DNA from: Trypanosoma brucei
Lineage: Eukaryota
DNA length: 64,000 nucleotides
Assembly (NCBI GenBank): GCA_000002445.1
Contig: CP000066.1
Coordinates: 1,568,001 to 1,632,000 of the forward strand
Direction: 5' to 3'
In this document: one piece after another, positions 8,075 to 17,999 of the stretch
Numbering within the stretch: position 1 is the stretch's first letter
Layout: each line of letters starts with the position of its first letter
Translations under genes and position numbers: made by a program
The notes under the pieces: model-generated
What the model saw: the letters and a program-made list of their open reading frames with translations, nothing else
Databases searched by the model: none
Told to the model about the DNA's origin: nothing

Positions 8075-10864
8075 ATGATAGAATATGCGTGTGGTTGGCT
8101 ACACGCGCCTGTCAGTAGTTTCAACAGTAGGGGGGAAACCACTTCAAGCAGTGAAGGAGCAACGTGGGGTATCGCATTGGGAAGATTCGGCCCTACCGCC
8201 AAGTGTTCTCTTGTGAGAGTACTGGCAGTGATAGTTTCAGGGTATTATTTTTTTGTTGGTTTATGTTTAGTTAGTGCCGCAAAATGCATATGTACCGACT
8301 ACTGGTCTATGATCGAGGGTTTAACAAACGTAGCGAATGTGTCCGAGCTAAGGGAAGTTACCAACCTCACTGACCAGCTTAGATATTCACTCATAGTTGT
8401 TTCATGTGTGGCTCTGTTCGTTCATCTCGCTATTTCTGTTGTCGGAGTGAGGCACATCCGTAGTTTGTTCATGCAACTCGATGCAAATGTCGAGGCGTTG
8501 CACCGTGTTGCCGATGCGTTGGCAGTGCCACTCAACGGTGATGCAACGGGTACTATTGATGTGAATCCGAAGCAGTCCTTTTCCCATGCAAAAAGTTGTA
8601 AAGGGATTCAAAACGCTGCAACACCTGAAATGGCGAATGACATGCTTATGCTTTTGCACCAACTCCGTGGGTTACTTCCCGATTCCACATTTGAAAAGGA
8701 GCTAACAGACGTCGCTGTGCGGCAGTGTAACGGTGCCAAACTTCAATGTGAAAAGGCGAATCTTCCCGTTGGTTCCAAACTTGAGGCCCACTCACCGCGT
8801 GTTATGTCTCAGTTCAGAGTTTCACGGAGAACTGCAGCGGGAATGGTTCGAAATCGGGAGATTTTGGAACACGGTGGCACTGGCACGACCTTCAGGAAAA
8901 GGAGGGTCACGGTGGTGGTTGTTTGCCTCTCCGACTTTGCGCATCAAGTTGAGGAGGATTTGGAACATTGTCTTCATTTTTCCCGACAATTTCTTTCTGT
9001 TGTAACTCAAATTGTTGAGAGGTATGGCGGTATCATTGCGAGTGTAGCACCTAACAAGGTTGTTGTGACATGGAATGCCTTTACGGATTCTCCCCGTCAC
9101 GCACAAAACGGAATGCAATGTGCCTGTGATGTACTTGTTGCGCTCCAACCATTTACACAAGGTTTGAGTGTGTCACCGTCTCTTAAGTTGTTTCCGACCA
9201 TTGTTGCTACTTCAGGGTTTGTTATGGCAGGAACGATCAGAGTTTCTGACCATGAGGACGATGTCTTAAGTGTTTACGGGAATTGTATTTCCCTGAGTGA
9301 GGAACTTCCATCACTATTAGGTGCGCTGAGAGTAAGGTGTGCGTGTGTTGGGGCGCTGGCACATTTTTGCCCAAGCAACTTTTCGTGTATTCCACGAGAC
9401 TGCGTAACAGATGCCAATAACAAAAGGCACATCATTTATGAGATGCAAGATAAGGCTCTCGCACAGCGCCGGCGTCATGTTGAGGCATTTCAAGCATTTC
9501 AGCGAGGAGAACATGGTGTCGCACACCATCTCTACACTCGAATACACGAAGAAACACGTAGTGATTGGAATGCCTTGCGTATGAGTCAGATTTGTTATTA
9601 CTTGGAAGAAAGCCACAGCGTTTACGCCCAACGCTTTCCGGAGTGGCAACTGTTCCCTGTTGAAAGAGAGCACTCATGTGTTAATGAACTTCAACTTGGT
9701 AGAAGGGCGTACGGGTTTATGAAATGCGAGGCTTCACCTGTTGAGGATCATATTCGCCGTGCCATATTAAAGCAAACAGATACACGTGCCCTTCCGCGCT
9801 CTTATGGACGAAATGAGGAGGAGTCGTACCGAACGCCTGAAGTCGCAAAATCAGATAAGTGTTTGATAGTTAAATGTAACTCGTCTTCTTTGCGGTATGT
9901 CACGGAGTTTTGCGACCGTCAAGGGTTGGTGTTTCGCATGTCTAAACAAGTATTAGGCACTGGGGCGTGTGGTGTTGCATTCTTGGGTTTGTCACAAACT
10001 GGTGCACTGGTTGCCATTAAGGAAATCGAACTTCCATTAAGGACTCGGGCACAAAACAGTAACTTAAGCGACCTAAACCGTAGGAGATTACGTCGGAAGG
10101 GAATTCAAGTGGAAAGTGCAATGGAGAAAACTTTGGATGGTATTATCAATGAAGTAAGTTTACTCTCCCGACTGCGTCATGCAAACATAATGGGTTACAT
10201 ATCGTCTGCCATTTGGGGTAACAAATTGCTGATTGTAATGGAGTTGGGTAGTGGTGGGAGTCTCTACGATCTCATACAAAAGTTTGGAAGTATAAAAGAG
10301 AGTCGTGCGAGACGATACCTCCGCGATGTATTGCAAGGACTGGAGTATTTGCATCGCAAGAATATTGTGCACCGGGACATTAAACCTCAGAATGTTCTGC
10401 TACTTGAGACCGGTTTATGTAAACTTACTGATTTTGGTACTTCACAAAACTTGCAGAAAATCGCCAACAGTTGTGCACCTGAGGGAACTCCCCCTTATAC
10501 GGCACCTGAAGCAGCGAGAGGAAAAGCGGAAAAGGCATCTGATATTTGGAGTTTTGGCATTATGATGTTGTATGTTTTAAGTGGTTCCCTCCCATGGCCA
10601 AACATGAACCAAATGACTTCTCATGCATTTTTCTACAAGGTGGGACATGTGGAAAGTTTTATGCCATGTGTAGATGATAAAATTTCTCACGATGCGAAGC
10701 AAATCGTCAAGCGTTGCTGCCAACGCGACCCGAAAGAACGGGCCACCGCACGGGAACTTTTGAATAATTCATTTTTTAACTGCACGGACACTTCTACGAG
10801 TTGCCTCGTTAAGGACTGGCCATCCTCTTGTGGGAATATCTCGAGAAGCGAATTTCATTTGTAG
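8075..10864 (+). CDS. Transmembrane Ser/Thr protein kinase (STE/MEKK-like) with a central degenerate nucleotidyl-cyclase-homology-like segment
   Basis: The first ATG is at 8075; the track start at 8072 is TTG. The N-terminal region has hydrophobic segments (VLAVIVSGYYFFVGLCLVSAA; LIVVSCVALFVHLAISVVGV). The C-terminal kinase domain has GTGACGV (Gly loop), VAIKE, HRDIKPQNVLL, DFGTS, GTPPYTAPE and DIWSFGIMM. The central block VTVVVVCLSDFAH...ERYGGIIASVAPNKVVVTWNA...LFPTIVATSGFVMAGTI...VLSVYGNCISL resembles the class III cyclase catalytic domain but has substitutions at metal-binding positions. Confidence 0.8.
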   Translation: MIEYACGWLHAPVSSFNSRGETTSSSEGATWGIALGRFGPTAKCSLVRVLAVIVSGYYFFVGLCLVSAAKCICTDYWSMIEGLTNVANVSELREVTNLTDQLRYSLIVVSCVALFVHLAISVVGVRHIRSLFMQLDANVEALHRVADALAVPLNGDATGTIDVNPKQSFSHAKSCKGIQNAATPEMANDMLMLLHQLRGLLPDSTFEKELTDVAVRQCNGAKLQCEKANLPVGSKLEAHSPRVMSQFRVSRRTAAGMVRNREILEHGGTGTTFRKRRVTVVVVCLSDFAHQVEEDLEHCLHFSRQFLSVVTQIVERYGGIIASVAPNKVVVTWNAFTDSPRHAQNGMQCACDVLVALQPFTQGLSVSPSLKLFPTIVATSGFVMAGTIRVSDHEDDVLSVYGNCISLSEELPSLLGALRVRCACVGALAHFCPSNFSCIPRDCVTDANNKRHIIYEMQDKALAQRRRHVEAFQAFQRGEHGVAHHLYTRIHEETRSDWNALRMSQICYYLEESHSVYAQRFPEWQLFPVEREHSCVNELQLGRRAYGFMKCEASPVEDHIRRAILKQTDTRALPRSYGRNEEESYRTPEVAKSDKCLIVKCNSSSLRYVTEFCDRQGLVFRMSKQVLGTGACGVAFLGLSQTGALVAIKEIELPLRTRAQNSNLSDLNRRRLRRKGIQVESAMEKTLDGIINEVSLLSRLRHANIMGYISSAIWGNKLLIVMELGSGGSLYDLIQKFGSIKESRARRYLRDVLQGLEYLHRKNIVHRDIKPQNVLLLETGLCKLTDFGTSQNLQKIANSCAPEGTPPYTAPEAARGKAEKASDIWSFGIMMLYVLSGSLPWPNMNQMTSHAFFYKVGHVESFMPCVDDKISHDAKQIVKRCCQRDPKERATARELLNNSFFNCTDTSTSCLVKDWPSSCGNISRSEFHL

Positions 10865-12493
10865 CGGTATTTAGTTAAGCTTTTTTTTTGTTTTATTTTA
10901 TTTTATTTTATTTTTTTTTGGGGGGGGGGTATCCACGAAATATGTGGAATTGGAGAGGTGCGGGAAAACGGTTGGAAAGCAGAAAAGGGGGAATGCACCG
11001 CAAAAAAAAAAAAAAAGAAAACAAAAGAGAAAGAAGAGAAAGAGAAAATAAGGAAGGAGAAAAGGTGTATGAGTGTGTGTATATTTATATTCGTTCGTTC
11101 GTTCGAGTTATGTTGATGATTTTTGTACCGAACTATTTCATGTGAAAAAAAATTAAATAAATAAATATATATATATTTATTTATTTATATTAATCCTGAG
11201 TCTTACAGCATCTTAGAGTTCACTGAACATGAAACTTGAAACAATTGGTTGTCTCCATTAGTCTTTTTCTTATTTTGTCTCTCATATTTTTCCTCTTTCT
11301 TCTTTTCCTTTTGATATTTATTCTAAACTTATCGCGATGTGTAAAAAAAAAAAAAGAAAGAAAGAAAGGAAGGAAGAAAATAAAAATGCTAGTTAGCGCC
11401 AGCGAAACGTTTAAAGATATGATTCACAATACCTCGTCTGCACTCATTACCGTCGCTGTGGGTTGTGTCATTATTGTGCTTTTATGGTTCACAGTGTGGA
11501 GTACAACACTTAAAGATGTTCCTTTCATTCATGAATTTTTTAACGCATTTACTCGACGCACGGGGTCAAAAAAAAAACCGCAAGTACGCACGAAAAAATG
11601 TACCGTCATCTTCAGGTGATTTGCAATTTTTTTTCAAAAAAAGAAAAAAGAACAAAAACAAAAAATAAATTAAAGAAAAATGAAGAAAAATGAAGGTGTC
11701 GTGACGTACAGCTCCCCCTCAGATGAGGAAGTGGAATGGGGTTTGGAGAAAGTGTGGCTAAACTTATTTCACCACTTCCTTTTTTTTTTAATATTTTGGT
11801 GTTTTTTTTTTTGTGTGTGTGTGCGTGTGTGCGTGTTTCTTATTTATTTTTATTTTTTTCTTTTTTTCTTTTTTTTTTGGGGGGGGGTGGGAGGGGGGCT
11901 ACTTACTTATATCATGAAAGAACTTTTTTAAAAAAAACAAAAATAGAAAAAAAGAGAAAAGAAAAGAAAAGAAAAAAAGAGGGCCCCTTCTTCTTCTTAT
12001 TATTATTATTTTGCTTATTAGACACATATGCTTTTTTCATGATGTCCTGAGAAAGTTTTTAAAGCATTTGGAAGGAAGGGAAGGGAAAAAAAAACCCCTC
12101 CCCCCTCCCATCACACACACACACACACACACGAAATATGTTTTACGTTTTTGTGATAATGTTCATGCAATGCAGCGATTTGAAATATTTTAAGAGTTGT
12201 TGTTTTTGTTTTGTTATTTTCATTTTTGTTTGACGTTTGCGTTTATTGAATTCCTTTCTTTGTTTTTTTTTATTTCGTTGTTGTTTTTTCGTTGTTATTG
12301 TTATTATTGTTATTATTGTTCACACTGTTTGCTCGTAATACCTTTCTCTCGTCTGTCACTGTTATATTTTGCACAGTTGCCATTGTTGTTACCCTTATGT
12401 CCTCATATCTTTGCTACGTTATTTGTGGCAATTCCTCATGTCACATGTAATATATTTAAATCTTTTTTGTTCTTGTTTTTTTTTGTTTTATTC

Positions 12494-12527
<34 letters not shown>

Positions 12528-12706
12528 GCGGTGGTATCTTTATTTCTTCCTCTTCTTTTTTGTTTAAAAAATATATATATATATATATATTTTTTTCCTT
12601 TTCTGTTCTATAGTTAAGTTTCATTGATAATCTAAACAAACTTATAGATTCCCCCCTCTCCCTCATTCATAATACACTAACGATTTGTTTTTGTAATACC
12701 CATCCA
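10865..12706. repeat. 1.8-kb microsatellite- and homopolymer-rich intergenic region
   Basis: Contains poly-T/poly-G/poly-A runs and several microsatellites: (TG)n near 11816-11836, (CA)n at 12112-12133, (GTT)12 at 12497-12531 and (TA)n at 12573-12591. ORFs here translate to poly-F/L/C/V low-complexity strings. Confidence 0.7.
11386..11619 (+). CDS. Possible small single-pass membrane protein (hypothetical, 77 aa)
   Basis: ATG at 11386. MLVSASETFKDMIHNTSSALITVAVGCVIIVLLWFTVWSTTLKD... has one clear TM helix and a basic tail. It is the only non-low-complexity ORF in the long intergenic region, and it could be spurious. Confidence 0.2.
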   Translation: MLVSASETFKDMIHNTSSALITVAVGCVIIVLLWFTVWSTTLKDVPFIHEFFNAFTRRTGSKKKPQVRTKKCTVIFR

Positions 12707-13873
12707 ATGGCAATCAAATCACGAGGAGTTAAAGTTGTAATTATAGTTTTTATTGCCGTGTATGTGTTAACAATTACAAATGTTCTCATTAGTTTACATC
12801 GTTTCCACCAAAATTCCCAAAAGGAGGTGGTTAAAATTCAACGAGATGAACCATTACCAGATTTTGAGTACACCGAAGATGACAAAATGGCGTTAGAATT
12901 TGTAACACCGCATATTATAAAGAAATGGCGGAATCATAATTATCTCGTAGCACTCGGTATTCCTTCACCAGATAATGAAGAGCGACGGCGGCGGAGACAA
13001 CTTCAACGGGACACATGTTGGAAATATCCGGGAGTTGCCACCGTAGAAAATAATTTTGAAGGAGATATGCTCGTAGCATATGTATTGGCTCGTCATCCAC
13101 AATTTGATTACAAATATTCACCTGAATTGAAGGATGAAGCAAATAAATGGCGGGATGTCATTACGCTCCCCATAAATGAAGGTCGTGTCACAACTAAAAA
13201 GAAATTAGGAGAAGTTGCGCATTGGGGAATTGATGCGGAAATTGGTATGAGTCGAAAAATATATTTGTGGTTTGAATTGGGAGCGCGCCTTCTTCCGAAA
13301 ACAAGTTATTTCTCTAAAGGTGATGATGACGCGTTTTTCCATTCACCGCAGTACATTATTGATTTGAGAACTTTACCGCGTCGTGGTGTTTATTGGGCAT
13401 TTCATTGGCGTATAAATCCAGTGAGGCCTTTTATATTTGGCCGTGGCCTCTTGTACACCATGTCGAGAGATGTTGTTAATAAATTTGTAACATATGAACC
13501 GGTACGCCGCCTTGTGCATGTGCCATTCAGTTTTGATCGGCTTCTTGAATTTAAGCAATCCATTATGGAATATGAAGATGCCATGGTCGGTCATGCACTT
13601 TCTTATCAAAATCCAGAAGAATTATTATTTGTGAATGAAAGTTGCTGCCGCTTCATCATATTGAATGGTAATGAGTGCAAGCCACCGAAAAATAACAATT
13701 TTGTAGTAGTTCATGGTATTCAAGAAGAAGAATACGCAATAATGATGGAACGCTTTAAAAATTACACAACTCCCGTTCCTGTTCAATTTATTCCCTCAAA
13801 ATATGGTTGGATGGCCAATTGCACATTACCACCAGATCCACAACGGCGGCGGGATGCGGAATGGACGGCATAA
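12707..13873 (+). CDS. Type II membrane glycosyltransferase (UDP-Gal/UDP-GlcNAc-dependent GT family expanded in trypanosomes; GT-A fold with DxD)
   Basis: 388 aa with a short cytoplasmic N-terminus. It has a signal-anchor VKVVIIVFIAVYVLTITNVLISL, a luminal domain with the DxD motif KGDDDAFFHSPQY, and several conserved Cys. The overall layout matches the trypanosome beta-1,3-N-acetylglucosaminyltransferase-like GT family. Confidence 0.65.
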   Translation: MAIKSRGVKVVIIVFIAVYVLTITNVLISLHRFHQNSQKEVVKIQRDEPLPDFEYTEDDKMALEFVTPHIIKKWRNHNYLVALGIPSPDNEERRRRRQLQRDTCWKYPGVATVENNFEGDMLVAYVLARHPQFDYKYSPELKDEANKWRDVITLPINEGRVTTKKKLGEVAHWGIDAEIGMSRKIYLWFELGARLLPKTSYFSKGDDDAFFHSPQYIIDLRTLPRRGVYWAFHWRINPVRPFIFGRGLLYTMSRDVVNKFVTYEPVRRLVHVPFSFDRLLEFKQSIMEYEDAMVGHALSYQNPEELLFVNESCCRFIILNGNECKPPKNNNFVVVHGIQEEEYAIMMERFKNYTTPVPVQFIPSKYGWMANCTLPPDPQRRRDAEWTA

Positions 13874-15403
13874 CTTAAGTGCAACAATAACTTTCATCAT
13901 CATCATTATCTCCTTATAAGTTCCTTTTCCTTATTTTCTTGTTATTGCTATTGTTGTGCCGGTTCTTCTTTGTTTTCGTTTTAGTTTTTTTTTAAAAAAA
14001 ACACTCCTCACACCTGTTTTGTCCGTATAAATGCGAATATATAAATAAAGAAGGCAATTTATCCAATTTGCATTTTTGAAACGGTGATGGTGGGCGTAAA
14101 TTCCGATTTTTTTTATGATTTCCCTCACGCACACGCACACACACACACTTCCAAAAAAAAAAATGCGTCCCTGTTACTTTAATAAATAAATATATATATA
14201 TATCCTCATTTAGAACTGTGTGGTCGAAGAACCAAAAAAAAAAAATGAAAATTTTTGATTGCTGCACTTCACTTGATTTTTTTTTAAAATAGTTTTCATT
14301 TTGAGTCTCAGTTTCTCCCTTTGGTTGATCTCAGCTAACAGTTTGTTCACTACTCTCCTTCTGAACATGTTAGGCTCAGTATGTTATTTTCTTTTTTTTT
14401 GTTTTGTACTGTAAATGCTTTTGAAAAAAAAAGGGGGTGAAGGAAATGTGTGCGTCAATTCAAGTGTCATCATTTTATATTTAAAAAAAAATGTCAATTG
14501 GAGGTGTAAAAAAAAAAACATTTTTTGTTTAGCGAGTTCATTTCCATGTATTTTCGTTCCATTCATCATCTAAATAGTTGTTTGTTATTTATTTTTCACT
14601 CTTTGCTTTGACTGAATTTTACTTAGGTTGGAAGTGTGTTGTAGTTTTTAGTTTACAGTTTTGTTGCTGCCGTTTTTTAATTTTTTTTCTATAAAAAAAA
14701 GGAGCTTTGAGAAGAAAGGGAAACGGCGCATTTAATTTTCACACACTTTTCTCTTTCAGTCCTGAAAGTTGAGAAGTGGATGGGCACATGTTAACGGTAT
14801 TTAACATTGATATGATTTGCAGGTGGATGTCGTTTGGAAATTAGAGGGAGAGGAACTGGAAATATAATCGAGTGATGATGCGCAGCAGGAAATGCGTGCC
14901 ACAAATTTGAAATTAAGAAATGATATCAGTTGTTGAAACATGGAGGCGAACAGGAGAAAATATGAAATAACGAATATGACAAGAAGTAAGCGTTACTCGC
15001 ATAAACAACCCGCTGCGCAGCAGAACAGAGAAAGCGAGAGAGGAAGAAGATGATGGTTTAATTATAGCAGAGAAACTAATATTTGGATGACTCCAAACTA
15101 AATTGCTGAAATGTTGGGAATGATGACATTAAACACGTTTTTTTTAATACTTGCCGTTTTGGTGGATTGCAAAATTTCGAAGATATTTATATTTGGTTGA
15201 TGAATGTAATGCTTACGTAGTGAAGGGTACATGTTCTAATAGAGGAGACGCGCGCCTGAATCAAATGTTTATTATAACGCTGTCATCGAGCGCAGGTTAA
15301 TTGACAAACTCTACATGTAGAATATATACATTTCTATACCATTGTGTCTTTTCCGTACTTTTTATCCAAAAAAAAATACATAGACATAACAGGTGTTTAC
15401 ACG

Positions 15404-16075
15404 ATGGCTAAGGTTGATACGCTGCTTGTATCAATTTTATTGCTCTTTTTGTGGCTATCAGTGGGTGTTTATGCAAACCAGCAGGACGGTTCAGCGGTTC
15501 CTATACCAAGCTGTGGTGAACGAGAGGAAGTTGACAATATTTTAAAATCTCTTGATAGAATTAAGCGCCTCAATTATGCGAAGGCAAACTGTACACTCGA
15601 GCGGTACGCCCCAAAAAATTTACATAAAGGGGGTAACTGTACGTTATGTGTCGACGGATTTTGGTGCGTAGACAAGCATATTTGCGTGGTTGATACTCTA
15701 CTGGTTTTTTTGGGTGTGCGTCCACCGCAGGCAGTTGAAGAAAAGAAAGAAAAGTTGGATCCGGATGACAGTTCCGCACCGAATGGAAACGATGAAAATC
15801 CCCTTCCCGCAAGTGATGCCCCCGCAGCCCCCAGCGGGCCCAAACAAAAGCAGCCGGATGATGCGATTAAAACACCAGGGGGAAATGTTAAGGACTCGTC
15901 ACCGGATGTTGTGCAGCATCAGATTTCAACAAAAGGAACTTCTAACACTAAAATTAACAGAAAAAATGAAGTTGCGGACACGGAACAACCTACGGACCAG
16001 CAAAGAAGCATATCTCGACGCCCTTTCACACTCATTCGTTCAATGGATGCAATACTTTTTTTTGTTGTTGTCTAG
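15404..16075 (+). CDS. Small secreted/surface Cys-containing protein (hypothetical) with signal peptide and C-terminal hydrophobic tail
   Basis: ATG at 15404; the track start at 15344 is GTG. Signal peptide MAKVDTLLVSILLLFLWLSVGVYA. The body has a Cys cluster CTLCVDGFWCVDKHIC and a low-complexity P/S/D-rich region. The C-terminus ...RRPFTLIRSMDAILFFVVV looks like a GPI signal. Confidence 0.45.
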   Translation: MAKVDTLLVSILLLFLWLSVGVYANQQDGSAVPIPSCGEREEVDNILKSLDRIKRLNYAKANCTLERYAPKNLHKGGNCTLCVDGFWCVDKHICVVDTLLVFLGVRPPQAVEEKKEKLDPDDSSAPNGNDENPLPASDAPAAPSGPKQKQPDDAIKTPGGNVKDSSPDVVQHQISTKGTSNTKINRKNEVADTEQPTDQQRSISRRPFTLIRSMDAILFFVVV

Positions 16076-17999
16076 AACTACGGTTTTGACTACTAAGTTT
16101 TTTTTAAAAGGTGAATGTTTTTAAACAGGTCAATTGTGGAATTTGAAAATATGCAGAAGCGGTTCATGGGTATTTGAAAGCATTATGTTGCTATGTTTTT
16201 TTTTCCCGCGCCGCACGCAATTTATGAACAAAGGGCGGCAGGTAAATATTGTGATATGCGGTGTGTAGCAAACTGTACCAATAATGGAATGTATGTACTC
16301 GTTTACGCGTCAAAAGGGGGAAAATGTTTGGCTTGAGGGTGTAAATTAATGATTGGAACAAACTCATTAACACAGAGAGAAACTTAAGAGCAGCAAAATA
16401 CAACACAGTCTTCCGTGAAATAGCAATAGGGAAAAGGGGAAAACTGCACTTCCAACAAACCGGATCGGGGAAGAATAGAGATAATATAAAAGTTGGGGAT
16501 CCCGCCAATCAAATTGGTTGTGTTCAACAAATTCAACAACAGATGTCCATTCGAGCAACTGAAGGGATTAAGAGGATGCAACCGGCTTCTCAATTTAAAC
16601 ATGTGGAGAGCGTTTGGGGAAACCCTGAATCCATCGGGGCTCTCAAAATTCCACACGGAGCTCAAAACTGAACTAACTGAAGAGGGTTAGTCAACATCAG
16701 TAAAGGTTTGATGTAAGCATTGAAGAAAGGAGGAGGAGGAGGAGAAGGGAAAAGTGTCATAAATTCACGTCTCATATTCCATTTCCCTCTTTATATCTTT
16801 GTTGTTTGTTACAATTGAATATCTGGGGCTCTTTCACTCGGCATGCCTTTCTCGTATTGCATCCCGTGGTATATATTTTTGGAAATATTATGCCTCAAGT
16901 AAATAAAGCGCACGCGTGTGTCACCGTTCAAAGCAATGTTTACGTGTCATTTGTTAAAGCACTGGTCTCACTTACGTCCCCTCGGCCCATAATTTTCTCT
17001 GCTCTGAATTTAAAGAGGATGCATTTATGACCTGGTAGGGTGGAAGAAACAAAAGAATTTAAAAAGGGGGAACAGTAAAAATAAGGTAACGATGAGTTAA
17101 GAGGGCGCTGCTTGAATATTGCTAATGCGGCACCTTTGTAACATCGCAACATTTTGGTGTAAGAAGGTTTTCTTTGTCAGCATGTGGTATGATATATTGC
17201 ATAATTATGCCTTTGGTGGATAAGGTTTACCGTGTCTGTATGCTGGATTTTTATAATGAAGATTACTCCACAAATGTAAAGTAAAAAAGGGGGAGTAATT
17301 TATAAACGATAATTCTGATTCGCGATAATTTCGGTAGAAATGGTATTATTTGTTTGATTTGGGTTGAACAGTCGAAACGTGTCACATTTTTCATAGGTTG
17401 TGGGGCGTTTAAAACTGTGATTATGGTCGGGTAGATTGTGTTATATATGTGAGACTGTGAAGCCACCAGGTGGATTATAAGAGGGATTTGATAAATTGGG
17501 AAACATAAATTCGTATAACTTTCGGTTGTTGACATAATTGAGTTTGCTTTTTTTTTTGATAATGGTTACAAGAGCGTGATGGAACTGTATCCGAGCAAAT
17601 ATGTCGGGATATCACCCGGAAATTTCAGAGGAATGGACTCTGATAGAATGTTAAGTTTAAATGAGCTGAAAGTGAGCGCTGCGTGCACTGTGCCCCCAGA
17701 AAATGTATCGAGCAGGGATTCCAGTCCCTTCCCTGCGGTCTCTGGAATCTGCGTCGTGCGAATATCAGAAGTGCACGTTTTCTGCAGAAGGTTGCGGAAA
17801 ATAAGAAACAGAGGTTGCGTTTTTGTAATTGAATTGTGTGACTAGTGTGGTCACCAAAATATGCGCATGTGACATGTTATGCCCGAAATGAAGCGCATAT
17901 GATTCTTTCAAGATTCATATCTTGGTGGTACTCTATTATTATTTTTTTTAATTGAAGCTTGAAAATTCTCAAAGGTGAGTAAGGCTGGGTAAAGGGAAT

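Noticed and set aside
12197-12617. ORFs of 138 and 82 aa with poly-C/poly-V runs
   Set aside because: These are translations of the (GTT)n microsatellite and surrounding low-complexity DNA in the intergenic region.
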